64,000 nt of DNA, taken from Candidatus Cloacimonadales bacterium (GTDB taxonomy: Bacteria > Cloacimonadota > Cloacimonadia > Cloacimonadales > JAFGVF01). Below, piece after piece: positions 10,497 through 20,123 of the stretch. The notes under the pieces were generated by a model. That model saw nothing but the letters and a program-made list of their open reading frames with translations. It ran no database searches and was not told the DNA's origin. The stretch covers positions 768,001-832,000 of the forward strand of contig CAXXJV010000001.1 of the NCBI GenBank assembly GCA_963663475.2, given 5' to 3'. A program made the position numbers and the translations under genes. Positions within the stretch are counted from its first letter, which is position 1. Every line of letters starts with the position of its first letter.

Positions 10497-12101
10497 TTAT
10501 TTTGAGCTTGCTCCTTGATAAACCTTTCCTATCTCAGGATTAGTGTACCAATCAACAAAAGTTTCTCCATTGTGGTTTACCCATCTACCAAAGTCAGGAT
10601 AAGCATCTACTATATCAACAGTTTCAAGTGGGTGCAAAAGAGGGAATGGGATATTTATAGCCCAAGGAGCACCTTCAGCTGTTTTGTAGTAGTAACCAGC
10701 TGCTATGTCTGTTGCATCATCATTATTTGGATTATTGAAGTAGCTAAGATCTGCATTTGGAGTTGGAGGTAATCCTGGTAAATGGACTTCCATTGCCAAA
10801 TCATGATTGATGGTTATGAAAGGATTATAAGGTGCAAAATAAACATTTTCTGATGTGTTATATTCGTTAGCAATTTCTAAGGTAAAAGAAATTGGGATGT
10901 AAGGAATATGGGCATCAGTAGCAATAGTGTTCATGTAGTCACCATTAAGTTGGATAAGGTCATTAGTGTTATTGAAAACTTGAATAATTGCCAAGCCCGT
11001 ATCATTAGTTTTTTGGGTTAGTAATGGATAGTTTGCTTGTATAAGAGTTACATCTTGAGCTTGGATAGGTAATTCAAAGTAAAAACCATTTTGACGTGAG
11101 GCACCTATAGCTGCTAGAAGTAAGTCAAACTCAATTTCAACTAAATTATTACTTGCATCTACAACTTCTTTGATGTTATAATGAATAATCATGTCATTAA
11201 AGTCGTAATCACCCTTATCAGGCCATAAATCTTCAAAAGCTAGGCTTCCATAATTATCTTGTCCAGGAAAATAAATATCATAAGCTTTAGAAGCATCGTT
11301 TGGATAATCATCATGGTCATCTAAAACACCATCACCATCTTGGTCTGCTCCTGGGAAAATTGGGGCATTAGGGCAGGCATCTTGGGTTAGCCTATTGGAA
11401 GTTTGTAAAGACCAAGTAATACAGTCATTTCCTATTGAAGTAAAGTTAACTGTAAATACATTATAATGGCGTCCTGGTAAAAACTCACTAGGTTGACCTT
11501 GATCGTAGTTGGAACTGTTAAGCCCAGAACCAGTAAATTTATTTTTGGCTCCGATTTCCTGAACATAAACTTCGTCATATTCATTATTATAACCCCAGTG
11601 AGAAGTAATAGAACCATCATTTTCTAAAACAATACCTTCCAGAATAGGTATGACATAGAGTTTAACTTTTTTACTTTCAGATTTCCCTTGCTCATCCTCA
11701 ATCTCTTCAATATTATAGAGATAGACTTCTGGGTTATTTAGCAAACTAGCTACAGTACGGTCAGAGAAAACCATACTTCTATAGTGAAAGTCCAAGGAGG
11801 TGACCTTTCTAGGTAAGCTTATAGTTCTTTCTATAGGGTTAAGATCGTCAGTTAGGAAACTATAATATTCTTTTCCATCATTACCTATGATTTCTACAGT
11901 ACCTTTATTTGGTGCATAGAATTTCAAATCTACCTGTCTGGTAGTTTCAAAATTGAAATCTTCAGGAATGTTAAGGTCTGAAAAGTCTTCAAAGTTACCC
12001 TGATGTTGAGAACCAGTACTCTTGTTGTCACTATCACATGCTAATGTGAAAAATAACATAAAAACAACTAAAAAACCTACTATAAAGATTTTTCTTTTCA
12101 T
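10497..12101 (-). CDS. LruC-domain (DUF4842) lipoprotein with a TSP3-like Ca-binding repeat
   Basis: Lipobox TLAC; DQDGDGVLDDHDDYP; AFEDLWPDKGDYDFND; PWAINIP...AYPDF. Confidence 0.8.
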   Translation of the reverse strand: MKRKIFIVGFLVVFMLFFTLACDSDNKSTGSQHQGNFEDFSDLNIPEDFNFETTRQVDLKFYAPNKGTVEIIGNDGKEYYSFLTDDLNPIERTISLPRKVTSLDFHYRSMVFSDRTVASLLNNPEVYLYNIEEIEDEQGKSESKKVKLYVIPILEGIVLENDGSITSHWGYNNEYDEVYVQEIGAKNKFTGSGLNSSNYDQGQPSEFLPGRHYNVFTVNFTSIGNDCITWSLQTSNRLTQDACPNAPIFPGADQDGDGVLDDHDDYPNDASKAYDIYFPGQDNYGSLAFEDLWPDKGDYDFNDMIIHYNIKEVVDASNNLVEIEFDLLLAAIGASRQNGFYFELPIQAQDVTLIQANYPLLTQKTNDTGLAIIQVFNNTNDLIQLNGDYMNTIATDAHIPYIPISFTLEIANEYNTSENVYFAPYNPFITINHDLAMEVHLPGLPPTPNADLSYFNNPNNDDATDIAAGYYYKTAEGAPWAINIPFPLLHPLETVDIVDAYPDFGRWVNHNGETFVDWYTNPEIGKVYQGASSK

Positions 12102-12202
12102 ACGAACTCCTAATTTTTTTATAAAATAACTAATAAAACCACTTTAGCAAACCTTATTTTAATAAATATAAATTTGTAATTTAATTAACATCAGCTAGTT
12201 AG

Positions 12203-12601
12203 CTAATTATCCACAAATTTTAGCATAATAGCTAATAAGTCCTGACTTATTCTTCTAGGCTTTCCCTCTTGAGTGAAAACACCTGTAACTAGAGCCCTGC
12301 AACAGAGTATTTTATCTTCATTATATATTTCTTGCAACCAAAGACCCTTAATTCTAGTAATTTTTCTTGTGCTTGTTTTGACTGTCGCTACTTCTTCCAT
12401 TTTCAGAGGTTTAATATAAGAAATATCTATGTTAGATATGAAGATTGAGACATTCCATTCTAAGAGTTTAGCCACTGGTATGCCCATTTCAATCAAAGCT
12501 TCAGCTCGACCAGCTTCAAGCAACTGAAGATAATTACTATTATTAAGATGTCCGTAAACATCGCATTCATAACCATAGATTTTCCTTCTAAACTCAAACA
12601 T
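12203..12601 (-). CDS. Acyl-CoA thioesterase (4HBT/YbgC-like)
   Basis: ECDVYGHLNNSNYLQLLEAGR. Confidence 0.88.
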   Translation of the reverse strand: MFEFRRKIYGYECDVYGHLNNSNYLQLLEAGRAEALIEMGIPVAKLLEWNVSIFISNIDISYIKPLKMEEVATVKTSTRKITRIKGLWLQEIYNEDKILCCRALVTGVFTQEGKPRRISQDLLAIMLKFVDN

Positions 12602-12744
12602 TTATCCTCCTTTTGAGTTTCTTTTCATATTATTTTATTCTAAATACATTTGAAATTAAAAGGCAAATCTTGACAATAAATTTCTTAAAAATAAATAGTA
12701 GAAATGTTAATATAATGGAAATTTAAGGAAAATTATGAGGATTA

Positions 12745-13548
12745 ATGAAAAAAATATATACTTATTCAGAAAAAAAATTTAAATCTTTTAGCAGACAAAA
12801 GCAAATTGCTATTATTCAGGAAATGTTAGCTGCTTTGGAGAAAAGTTTTACACTTACAGACTTTGCTAGTGCCTTAAGAAAGTCTTTAAGAGATTGTTTT
12901 TCTTTTATGGAGGATAGTGGTTTTTCTTTTATAAAAGACTTTCAAACTTATGACTTATTAAAATTTTCTGATTTGGTTAAGTTAAGAGATAAACTTATTA
13001 AAGAGCAAGGAATGACTTTGCGAGATTCTGATATTGTGGTTAAACGTTATGATTCTCTCCAAGGAAAGAAGGTAAAGTTTCCCCTTATCATGATTTTAGA
13101 TAATCTAAGGTCTGCTTTTAATGTTGGCTCAATTATCAGGACTTGTGAGTGTTTAGGTGTTTCTAAAATTGCTCTTTGTGGGCAAACCCCCAATTTAACT
13201 AATCATAAGCTTCTGGAAACCTCTATGGGAACAAGTCAATTTGTCAGTTTTGACGAGTTTACTACAAGTCAAGAAGCTATTCTGCATTATAAAAACCTAG
13301 CTTATGAAATAACAGCTTTAGAATTAACCAATAAATCAATTAGTTTAGATGATTATCAGCCTGCTCAAAAAGTAGCCCTGCTGGTAGGTAATGAATCTTT
13401 AGGGGTTTCTGAAGAAAATCTTGCCTTGTGTGATAAAATTATAGAAATACCTATGCAAGGAATTAAAAATTCATTAAACGTAAGTAATGCTAGCGCAATA
13501 GCTATATATCAAATAACACATAAATGGAGGTTTTTAAATGGTAAATAG
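12745..13548 (+). CDS. TrmH/SpoU family RNA methyltransferase with N-terminal extension
   Basis: LDNLRSAFNVGSIIRT, VGNESLG, IPMQGIKNSLNVS. Confidence 0.9.
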   Translation: MKKIYTYSEKKFKSFSRQKQIAIIQEMLAALEKSFTLTDFASALRKSLRDCFSFMEDSGFSFIKDFQTYDLLKFSDLVKLRDKLIKEQGMTLRDSDIVVKRYDSLQGKKVKFPLIMILDNLRSAFNVGSIIRTCECLGVSKIALCGQTPNLTNHKLLETSMGTSQFVSFDEFTTSQEAILHYKNLAYEITALELTNKSISLDDYQPAQKVALLVGNESLGVSEENLALCDKIIEIPMQGIKNSLNVSNASAIAIYQITHKWRFLNGK

Positions 13549-14107
13549 ACAGGAAGCTAAAGAAATATTAGCAAGATATTTGGAAAAGGAAAGCCTTAGA
13601 CAACATTGCTTAGCAACCGCCTTGGTAATGGAGAAGATTGCAGAGAAAATAGGAGCAAATCAAGAAGATTATTATATTGCCGGTTATTTACACGATATTG
13701 ATTTAGATCTCGTGGGTGATGATATGACTCTGCATGCCTTACGGGGAGCCGAAATTTTGAAAGATTATGATATTCCTCAAGATATTATTAATGCAATTCT
13801 TGCCCATAATAAGCATAAAGACCTAGAAAGTGACATAGAAAAAGCACTATGGATTGCAGACCCTGTAAATGGATTAGTTATTGCTTCCGCTCTTATGAGA
13901 CCTGATAAATCAATTTCAACCATGAAATTAAAATCTTTAAAAAAGAAGTTCAAGTCAAAAAACTTTGCTGCTGGTGTTTCCCGTGATCAAATCAATGATT
14001 GTTATCTCCTAAATTTTACTCTAGATGAATTTCTCCAGCTAGCAATTGATGCCTTAGCTGATCATGAAAAAGAACTAAGCCTGGGAACTGAAGAAGCTTG
14101 TGAATAG
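13538..14107 (+). CDS. HDIG/HD-domain phosphohydrolase
   Basis: HCLA...GYLHDID...HA...ILAHN; KKKFKSKNFAAGVSRD. Confidence 0.85.
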   Translation: MVNRQEAKEILARYLEKESLRQHCLATALVMEKIAEKIGANQEDYYIAGYLHDIDLDLVGDDMTLHALRGAEILKDYDIPQDIINAILAHNKHKDLESDIEKALWIADPVNGLVIASALMRPDKSISTMKLKSLKKKFKSKNFAAGVSRDQINDCYLLNFTLDEFLQLAIDALADHEKELSLGTEEACE

Positions 14108-14450
14108 TCCACAGTTAAGTATTCTGCTTTTAGGTATTTTCCTAATCTTGAATATTCTTGATGCCCACTCCACTTGGTTAGTTATCAAACCCTATCATTT
14201 TTACAGAGAAAAGAATATCATTGCTCGCTTTTTCTTTAAGAAATTTGGTCTGCTTAGAGGTATTATATTCTTTAAGTTGCTTCTCTTGTTACTCTTCTCT
14301 CTGATAATAGTATTTTATGTCTTACCCGAATATCTAACTCTGAATACTTCAATCTTAATCGGAAATGCAATTTTTACCTTTGTTGTTTTAAATAACTATA
14401 GAATTTATAGAAAAATTAACTTCAAAATAAAGTCTGGTAAAAATCATTAG
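14100..14450 (+). CDS. Small membrane protein, DUF5658-like
   Basis: NILDAHST...EKN motif, three hydrophobic helices, GTG start overlapping the upstream stop. Confidence 0.6.
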   Translation: MNSPQLSILLLGIFLILNILDAHSTWLVIKPYHFYREKNIIARFFFKKFGLLRGIIFFKLLLLLLFSLIIVFYVLPEYLTLNTSILIGNAIFTFVVLNNYRIYRKINFKIKSGKNH

Positions 14451-14520
14451 CCAAGACTGGGAAGGCCAGCATTCCTGCTGGCATCTTTCTTTATTTCTTT
14501 CTTTCTTTCTTCTCTTGGAT
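14450..14520. repeat. REP-like hairpin repeat CTGGGAAGGCCAGCATTCCTGCTGGC (second copy at 18361-18420)
   Basis: GCCAGCA/TGCTGGC stem; the block including flanks is duplicated at 18361. Confidence 0.7.
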
Positions 14521-14527
14521 GGATGCC

Positions 14528-14680
14528 CAGACTGTGTAAAAAGAAATAGTCTATCCACGAATTTCACGAATTTCACGAATTACTTTTTGCTAAAAGCAAA
14601 AAAAGAGAGAAGAAAAGATCCTTACCACAGAGTTCACAGAGTTTAGGAAACAATTAGCTTGCTAAAAGTCTGTCCGTATT
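14528..14680 (+). repeat. Array leader copy 1, starting with the IS1182-like end CAGACTGTGTAAAAAGAAAT
   Basis: Near-identical to 21617-21771; contains CACGAATTT and CACAGAG mini-repeats. Confidence 0.9.
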
Positions 14681-16009
14681 TGAGTCGCGGGATTCTAGCC
14701 CGCGTTTACGCAGGTGACAAGTGGTTATGGGATTGGGTCGCGGGATTCCAGCCCGCGTTTACGTAGATATCAAGTGCTTACGTTATTGGGTCGCTGGATT
14801 CTAGCCCGGGTTTACGTAGATATCAAGTGGTTATGGGATTGGGTCGCGGGATTCTAGCCCGCGTTTATGCAGGTGACAAGTGGTTATGGGATTGGGTCGC
14901 GGGATTCCAGCCCGCGTTTACGCAGGTGACAAGTGGTTATGGGATTGGGTCGCGGGATTCCAGCCCGCGTTTACGCAGAAGACAAGCGGTTACGGGATTG
15001 GGTCGCGGGATTCCAGCCCGCGTTTACGCAGGTGACAAGTGGTTATGGGAATGGGTCGCGGGATTCCAGCCCGCGTTTACGCAGATAATAAAGCGGTTAC
15101 GGATTGGGTCGCGGGATTCCAGCCCGCGTTTACGCAGATAATAAAGCGGTTACGGATTGGGTCGCGGGATTCCAGCCCGCGTTTATGCAGATATCAAGTG
15201 GTTATGGGATTGGGTCGCGGGATTCTAGCCCGCGTTTACGCAGGTGACAAGCGATTATGGGAATGGGTCGCGGGATTCCAGCCCGCGTTTATGCAGGTGA
15301 CAAGTGGTTACGGGAATGGGTCGCGGGATTCCAGCCCGCGTTTACGTAGAAATCAAGTGCTTACGTTATTGGGTCGCGGGATTCCAGCCCGCGTTTACGT
15401 AGATATCAAGTGCTTACGTTATTGGGTCGCTGGATTCTAGCCCGCGTTTACGCAGGTGACAAGCGATTATGGGAATGGGTCGCTGCGTTTACGTAGATAA
15501 CAAAGTGGTTATGGGATTGGGTCGCGGGATTCCAGCCCGCGTTTACGCAGATAATAAAGCGGTTACGGATTGGGTCGCGGGATTCTAGCCCGCGTTTACG
15601 CAGGTGAAAAGTGGTTATGGGATTGGGTCGCGGGATTCCAGCCCGCGTTTATGCAGGTGACAAGTGGTTACGGGAATGGGTCGCGGGATTCCAGCCCGCG
15701 TTTACGTAGATAACAAAGTGGTTATGGGAATGGGTCGCGGGATTCCAGCCCGCGTTTATGCAGATATCAAGTGCTTACGGTATTGGGTCGCTGGATTCTA
15801 GCCCGGGTTTACGTAGATATCAAGTGCTTACGGGATTGGGTCGCTGGATTCTAGCCCGTGTTTACGTAGATAACAAAGTGGTTACGGAATGGGTCGCGGG
15901 ATTCCAGCCCGCGTTTACGTAGATAACAAAGTGGTTACGGGAATGGGTCGCGGGATTCCAGCCCGCGTTTACGCAGATATCAAGTGCTTACGTTATTGGG
16001 TCGCTGGGA
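14681..16009 (+). repeat. 53-bp tandem repeat array 1 (~25 units; hairpin CGCGGGATTC[C/T]AGCCCGCG plus IHF-like site)
   Basis: Consensus TGGGTCGCGGGATTCCAGCCCGCGTTTACGCAGGTGACAAGTGGTTATGGGAT recurs every ~53 bp; one internally deleted unit near 15476. Confidence 0.97.
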
Positions 16010-16046
16010 TTTAAGACTTATCCCTGACTTGAACTTGAGCCTGCTT

Positions 16047-16142
16047 TTTGTTGGAGACCGGAGTTCCTCAGCCGTAGGCAAGGGACTTCGGGTGAAGAGT
16101 GTCGGAAGTCGCTACTCCGTGAGCAACTCCCGTCACTCTTCA
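16047..16142. repeat. Two adjacent GC-rich hairpins (REP-like)
   Basis: CCGGAGTTCCT...AGGGACTTCGG and TGAAGAGTG...CACTCTTCA inverted repeats. Confidence 0.55.
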
Positions 16143-16193
16143 TATACAGCCTCTACTACGCTATCTACTTAAAGTTTTTTCTAATTGACTAAT

Positions 16194-17546
16194 TTAGGCT
16201 AACACCCTTTCGAGTTTATTATAGCCTTTCAATTCATAATAGATCATACTAAGGGCTATTAAGCAAGCAAGACCATCTGCGATAGGAGTAGCCAACCATA
16301 CACCATCTAACCCTAAATAAAGAGGGAAGATGAAGAGGGCTGGAAGAAAGAGTATGACTTTTCTTAGTAGGTTCAAAGTAATAGCTTCTTTAGCTTTGCC
16401 AATAGCTTGGTAGTACATAACCGTCATCATATGTATTCCTACAAGTGGTAATAAGGCAAGATATATTCTCAATCCATTAGCACCCATTTTAACTAATTCT
16501 GGGTCTCCTTTACTAAAAAGAGATACAATAGTTTCACCTAAGACAAGGACAGAAAAAAGACCAACTATCGAAATAATCAAGGAATATGAATAAGCAGCCT
16601 TTAAAAGAGAAATTACTCTATCATGAAGTTTTGCCCCAAAATTATAACCTATAACAGGTTGAGCTCCCATCATTAGACCTCTTAAAGGTGTCTCAAACAT
16701 AACAAATATACTTTGAATAGCTCCAAATGCACCGATTGCCATACTTCCTCCATGATTTAATAGGGCCCTGTTCGAGAAAATAGCTACGAAAGTTGTTGCT
16801 AAATTCATGGAAAAAGGAGATAATCCTATTGCTAACATTGGCTTAAAAATATGCCATTTGGGAAACATGTTTGTCTTGTAGAGGGTTAAATGCCTGCTTT
16901 TTCCTCTAGTAAAGTGATAGATAACCATCGACATCGTTACCAACCTTGAAAGTGATGTTGCCATTGCTACACCTTGAACCCCTAAGTCGAAGACAAAGAG
17001 AAATATTGGGTCAAGAATAATATTCATTACAGTACCAATTACAGCTATTCGCATAGCAAGCTGGGGGTTACCTTCACTTCTAATGGAACCATTTGTACCC
17101 ATGGCTAAGAAATCAGAAGTTATAAAAGGTAAGAACCAGATTAAGTAGCTGTAGGCATAAGGCATAGTAGCTTCAGTAGCTCCAACTAAATGCAAAATTG
17201 GTCTCAAGAATAATACACCAAGAGTCGTTACGAGTATTCCTGCAAGTATAAATAAACCGAAGATGTTGCCAAGAGTGTGTTCTGCTTCGTCTTTCTTACC
17301 TTCGCCTAACCTAATAGATATAATCGCAGCTGAACCGCTTCCCACTAAAACAGCTATAGCAATAGATAGGATAAAGACAGGGAAGGTGAGAGTAACTCCA
17401 GCTAATGCTTCTGTTCCTAAGGCTTTGCCTATATAAATTCTATCTACTATATTATACAGAGCCTGAACAGATGAAGCAATTACTGCTGGTATAGAGTAAC
17501 TTAATAATAATTTCCATGGGTTTGTTTTTGTGAATATATCTTTCAT
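16194..17546 (-). CDS. MATE family efflux transporter (MepA-like)
   Basis: ALYNIVDRIYIG, NIILDPIFLF, QPVIGYNFGA; about 12 TM segments. Confidence 0.93.
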   Translation of the reverse strand: MKDIFTKTNPWKLLLSYSIPAVIASSVQALYNIVDRIYIGKALGTEALAGVTLTFPVFILSIAIAVLVGSGSAAIISIRLGEGKKDEAEHTLGNIFGLFILAGILVTTLGVLFLRPILHLVGATEATMPYAYSYLIWFLPFITSDFLAMGTNGSIRSEGNPQLAMRIAVIGTVMNIILDPIFLFVFDLGVQGVAMATSLSRLVTMSMVIYHFTRGKSRHLTLYKTNMFPKWHIFKPMLAIGLSPFSMNLATTFVAIFSNRALLNHGGSMAIGAFGAIQSIFVMFETPLRGLMMGAQPVIGYNFGAKLHDRVISLLKAAYSYSLIISIVGLFSVLVLGETIVSLFSKGDPELVKMGANGLRIYLALLPLVGIHMMTVMYYQAIGKAKEAITLNLLRKVILFLPALFIFPLYLGLDGVWLATPIADGLACLIALSMIYYELKGYNKLERVLA

Positions 17547-17563
17547 AATTAATACTTCTTATC

Positions 17564-18121
17564 TTATTTAAATAATATCAATGTTATAAGGTCTTCTACA
17601 GACATTTTGGGCACATCATTGTTCCAGTGTGCTCTTCCAATTAGAGTATGAATCATTAATTCAGCAAGTTGAATAAGGCTATGGGAATTAATAACTAGCT
17701 CATTCTCAACTCCTACTTGAAGAATCCTGACTATAGCTTGTCTTAGTTCTGATTGATTATTAAACATCCTCTCTTTCCGTAATTTTGTCATGATTCTGGT
17801 TCTATAGTTTAATTCTCTAAGAACTTTAATCACTGACTGACTTCGTTCAAAGAAAATATTTAGTTTATTAGCTACTTCAAAAATAACTTTCTTGATATCT
17901 CTATCTTCGATTGAAATGTTGTTTAGCTCTTGAATGATGACTTCTAATCCGTGCATTGCTAGCTCAAAATACATTTCATCTTTACTCTGAAAATAGGTGT
18001 AGATCGTTCCCTTACCTATTTTGCACTTTTTTGCTATATCATCAATCTTAACTTCGTGATATCTTTTTGATTTAATAATATTTTCTAATGTATTGAGGAT
18101 TAATAACTTTTTGTCTAACAT
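17564..18121 (-). CDS. TetR/AcrR family transcriptional regulator
   Basis: IDDIAKKCKIGKGTIYTYFQSKDEM helix-turn-helix. Confidence 0.93.
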   Translation of the reverse strand: MLDKKLLILNTLENIIKSKRYHEVKIDDIAKKCKIGKGTIYTYFQSKDEMYFELAMHGLEVIIQELNNISIEDRDIKKVIFEVANKLNIFFERSQSVIKVLRELNYRTRIMTKLRKERMFNNQSELRQAIVRILQVGVENELVINSHSLIQLAELMIHTLIGRAHWNNDVPKMSVEDLITLILFK

Positions 18122-18137
18122 AATTTATGCTCCATTT

Positions 18138-18182
18138 ATAGAACTGACTGGTCAATCTTAAAGTTCTATGTTATCTTGTCAA
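18138..18182 (-). promoter_or_regulatory. Promoter (TTGACA-16-TAAGAT) with candidate TetR operator TGACTGGTCA at 18145-18154
   Basis: -35 at 18177-18182 and -10 at 18155-18160 on the minus strand; TGAC-N2-GTCA palindrome within an ATAGAACT...AGTTCTAT inverted repeat. Confidence 0.6.
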
Positions 18183-18360
18183 TCTTAAATATGCCCCCTT
18201 TAAGTTTGCTGGGATAAAAGTATCCCTGAATCTAGAGAAATAGCTGTTTTTCAAAAGTCTTTACACAAATTATTACAAGTTAAATACAATTTAATATTTG
18301 GCTGAAAAGATGATTTTAACTGGGAATGTGGCCTTGATTGGGAATGTTAGTAGCTTGCTG

Positions 18361-18420
18361 GCCAAGACTGGGGAGGCCAGCATCCTTACTGGCATCTTTA
18401 TTTCTTTCTTCTCTTGGATG
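18361..18420. repeat. Second copy of the GCCAAGACTGGG..GCCAG..CTGGC REP-like block
   Basis: Matches 14450-14520. Confidence 0.7.
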
Positions 18421-18562
18421 GTGGAATAAAATGACCTTAATAAATCTTGACATTATTTCATGCTAAGCACAAACTTGAATTTAGCTTTAATAACTGGATA
18501 ATTAGTTATTGATTTTCAAGGATAGACTTTTGTAATAAGCTCTATTAATAGGATGTTAAAGA

Positions 18563-19468
18563 ATGAATGCTGTGATAGAAATAGGAACAAATTCTCTAAA
18601 ATTATTGATATATAAAGATCAACCCAACTTTCAAGTTGTCTATGATAAGACAAGTATAAGCAGGTTAGGAGAGGATTATCACAAGACTGGTAAAATAAGT
18701 TACCCTGCCCTGGATAGAAATATTGAGGAGATTAATAACTGCCTGAAAATCTGTAATGACTACGCTTGTCGGCAAGTATCTCTCTACGGTACAATGATTT
18801 TTAGAGCAGCAGAAAATAGCCAAGAAGTTCTAACCAAAATTTATCAAAAAACTAAACTCAATTTGCAGATATTAAATGGTGAAGAAGAAGCTAAATATTC
18901 CTTTTTAGCTGCTACTTCTTCTTTGTCTTTAGCTGATAGAAAGATTTTGGTTGTTGATACAGGTGGAGGTTCCACTGAATTTATATCTGGTTCAAAGACT
19001 CAGATTAACTATCAGACTTCCTTAGAATTAGGGGCAGTAACTTTGACAGATCTTTTTTCTTTAGACAAGCGGGTTAACCTAGAAACATTAACTAGGGCAA
19101 AGAACTATATAAACAAGCAATTAGCTAGTTTGCCTAATTTTCCTCATCCCGAATTAATTGTTGGTATTGGGGGAACAGTGACAACTATTTCAGCTATAGT
19201 GCAAAAGCTGCAAGTCTATTCAGCCCAAAAGGTGCAAGCTTCCACTATTGCAAGTAGGCAAGTAACTGAACTCATAGCTCAATTAGCTTGTAAAAATTTT
19301 CAAGAAAGACAAAGTATTATTGGCTTATCGGCTAAAAGAGCAGATATTATTTTAGGAGGAGTTTTAATAATAAACTCTATATTGGATAAGTTCGAAAAAA
19401 ATGATATTTTAGTATGTGATAATGGATTACGCTATGGATTAGCTTTAAAAGAAGGGAGGAAAAAATGA
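18563..19468 (+). CDS. ppx: Ppx/GppA family exopolyphosphatase
   Basis: IEIGTNS, GEEEA, DTGGGSTE, GIGGT, RADII, GLRYG. Confidence 0.9.
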   Translation: MNAVIEIGTNSLKLLIYKDQPNFQVVYDKTSISRLGEDYHKTGKISYPALDRNIEEINNCLKICNDYACRQVSLYGTMIFRAAENSQEVLTKIYQKTKLNLQILNGEEEAKYSFLAATSSLSLADRKILVVDTGGGSTEFISGSKTQINYQTSLELGAVTLTDLFSLDKRVNLETLTRAKNYINKQLASLPNFPHPELIVGIGGTVTTISAIVQKLQVYSAQKVQASTIASRQVTELIAQLACKNFQERQSIIGLSAKRADIILGGVLIINSILDKFEKNDILVCDNGLRYGLALKEGRKK

Positions 19469-20118
19469 CTTCTTTTTTTACATCTAAATCGAAAGATTTA
19501 CAGAATTTGATTAACAAGTATATTGATGTTGTTGAAAGATGTGCCTTAGTATTTGAGGAAGGTATCAGGTGTTATATCAACTGGAAAGAAGAGAGATTCG
19601 CAAATTATTATAAGGATATGATTAATCTAGAAAATGAAGCAGATGAACTCAGACATGATATTAAATTTAAACTCTATTCTTATATGTTAATCCCAGAATC
19701 AAGAGGAGATGTTTTAGGAATCATTGAAACTTTAGATGATGTGGTTGATGTTTGTAAAAAGGTTATGGAACAGTTGTCTATTGAACAACCTGATGTTCCT
19801 GAAAATCTACGTCCTGGTTACCTAGAGCTTTCTGAACTATCATCGAAAACAATCTTGGAGCTAGTTAAAGCTACCCGGGCCTTCTTTACTGAGATAAAAC
19901 TAGTTGAAAATTATATCAATAAAGTACATTTCTATGAACATGAAGCTGACAAACTTGAAGAGTCTTTGAAAAGAAAAATATTTGAACATCGTGATATTGC
20001 CTATCTTTCCGTTAAAATGCACCTTCGTTACTTTGTAGAAAAGATAGTCCTTCCCTCTGATATGGCAGAATCTGTGGCTGAAAGATTATCAGTATATGTA
20101 ATCAAAAGGAGACTTTAA
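19465..20118 (+). CDS. DUF47 phosphate transport regulator (PhoU-like)
   Basis: ENEADELRH...EHEADKLE repeats; upstream of PiT. Confidence 0.88.
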   Translation: MTSFFTSKSKDLQNLINKYIDVVERCALVFEEGIRCYINWKEERFANYYKDMINLENEADELRHDIKFKLYSYMLIPESRGDVLGIIETLDDVVDVCKKVMEQLSIEQPDVPENLRPGYLELSELSSKTILELVKATRAFFTEIKLVENYINKVHFYEHEADKLEESLKRKIFEHRDIAYLSVKMHLRYFVEKIVLPSDMAESVAERLSVYVIKRRL

Positions 20119-20123
20119 TCTAA

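Noticed and set aside
14827-15440. ORFs of 104 and 133 aa in array 1 (also 15984-16172 and 21805-22077)
   Set aside because: These are translations of a 53-bp repeat that is not a multiple of 3. They have no RBS and the frames break irregularly.
14681-16009. CRISPR array (palindromic ~30-bp repeat, ~23-bp spacers, AT-rich leader)
   Set aside because: The spacers are all homologous variants of one sequence and recur many times. There are no cas genes in the window and no GAAA(C/G)-type repeat end.
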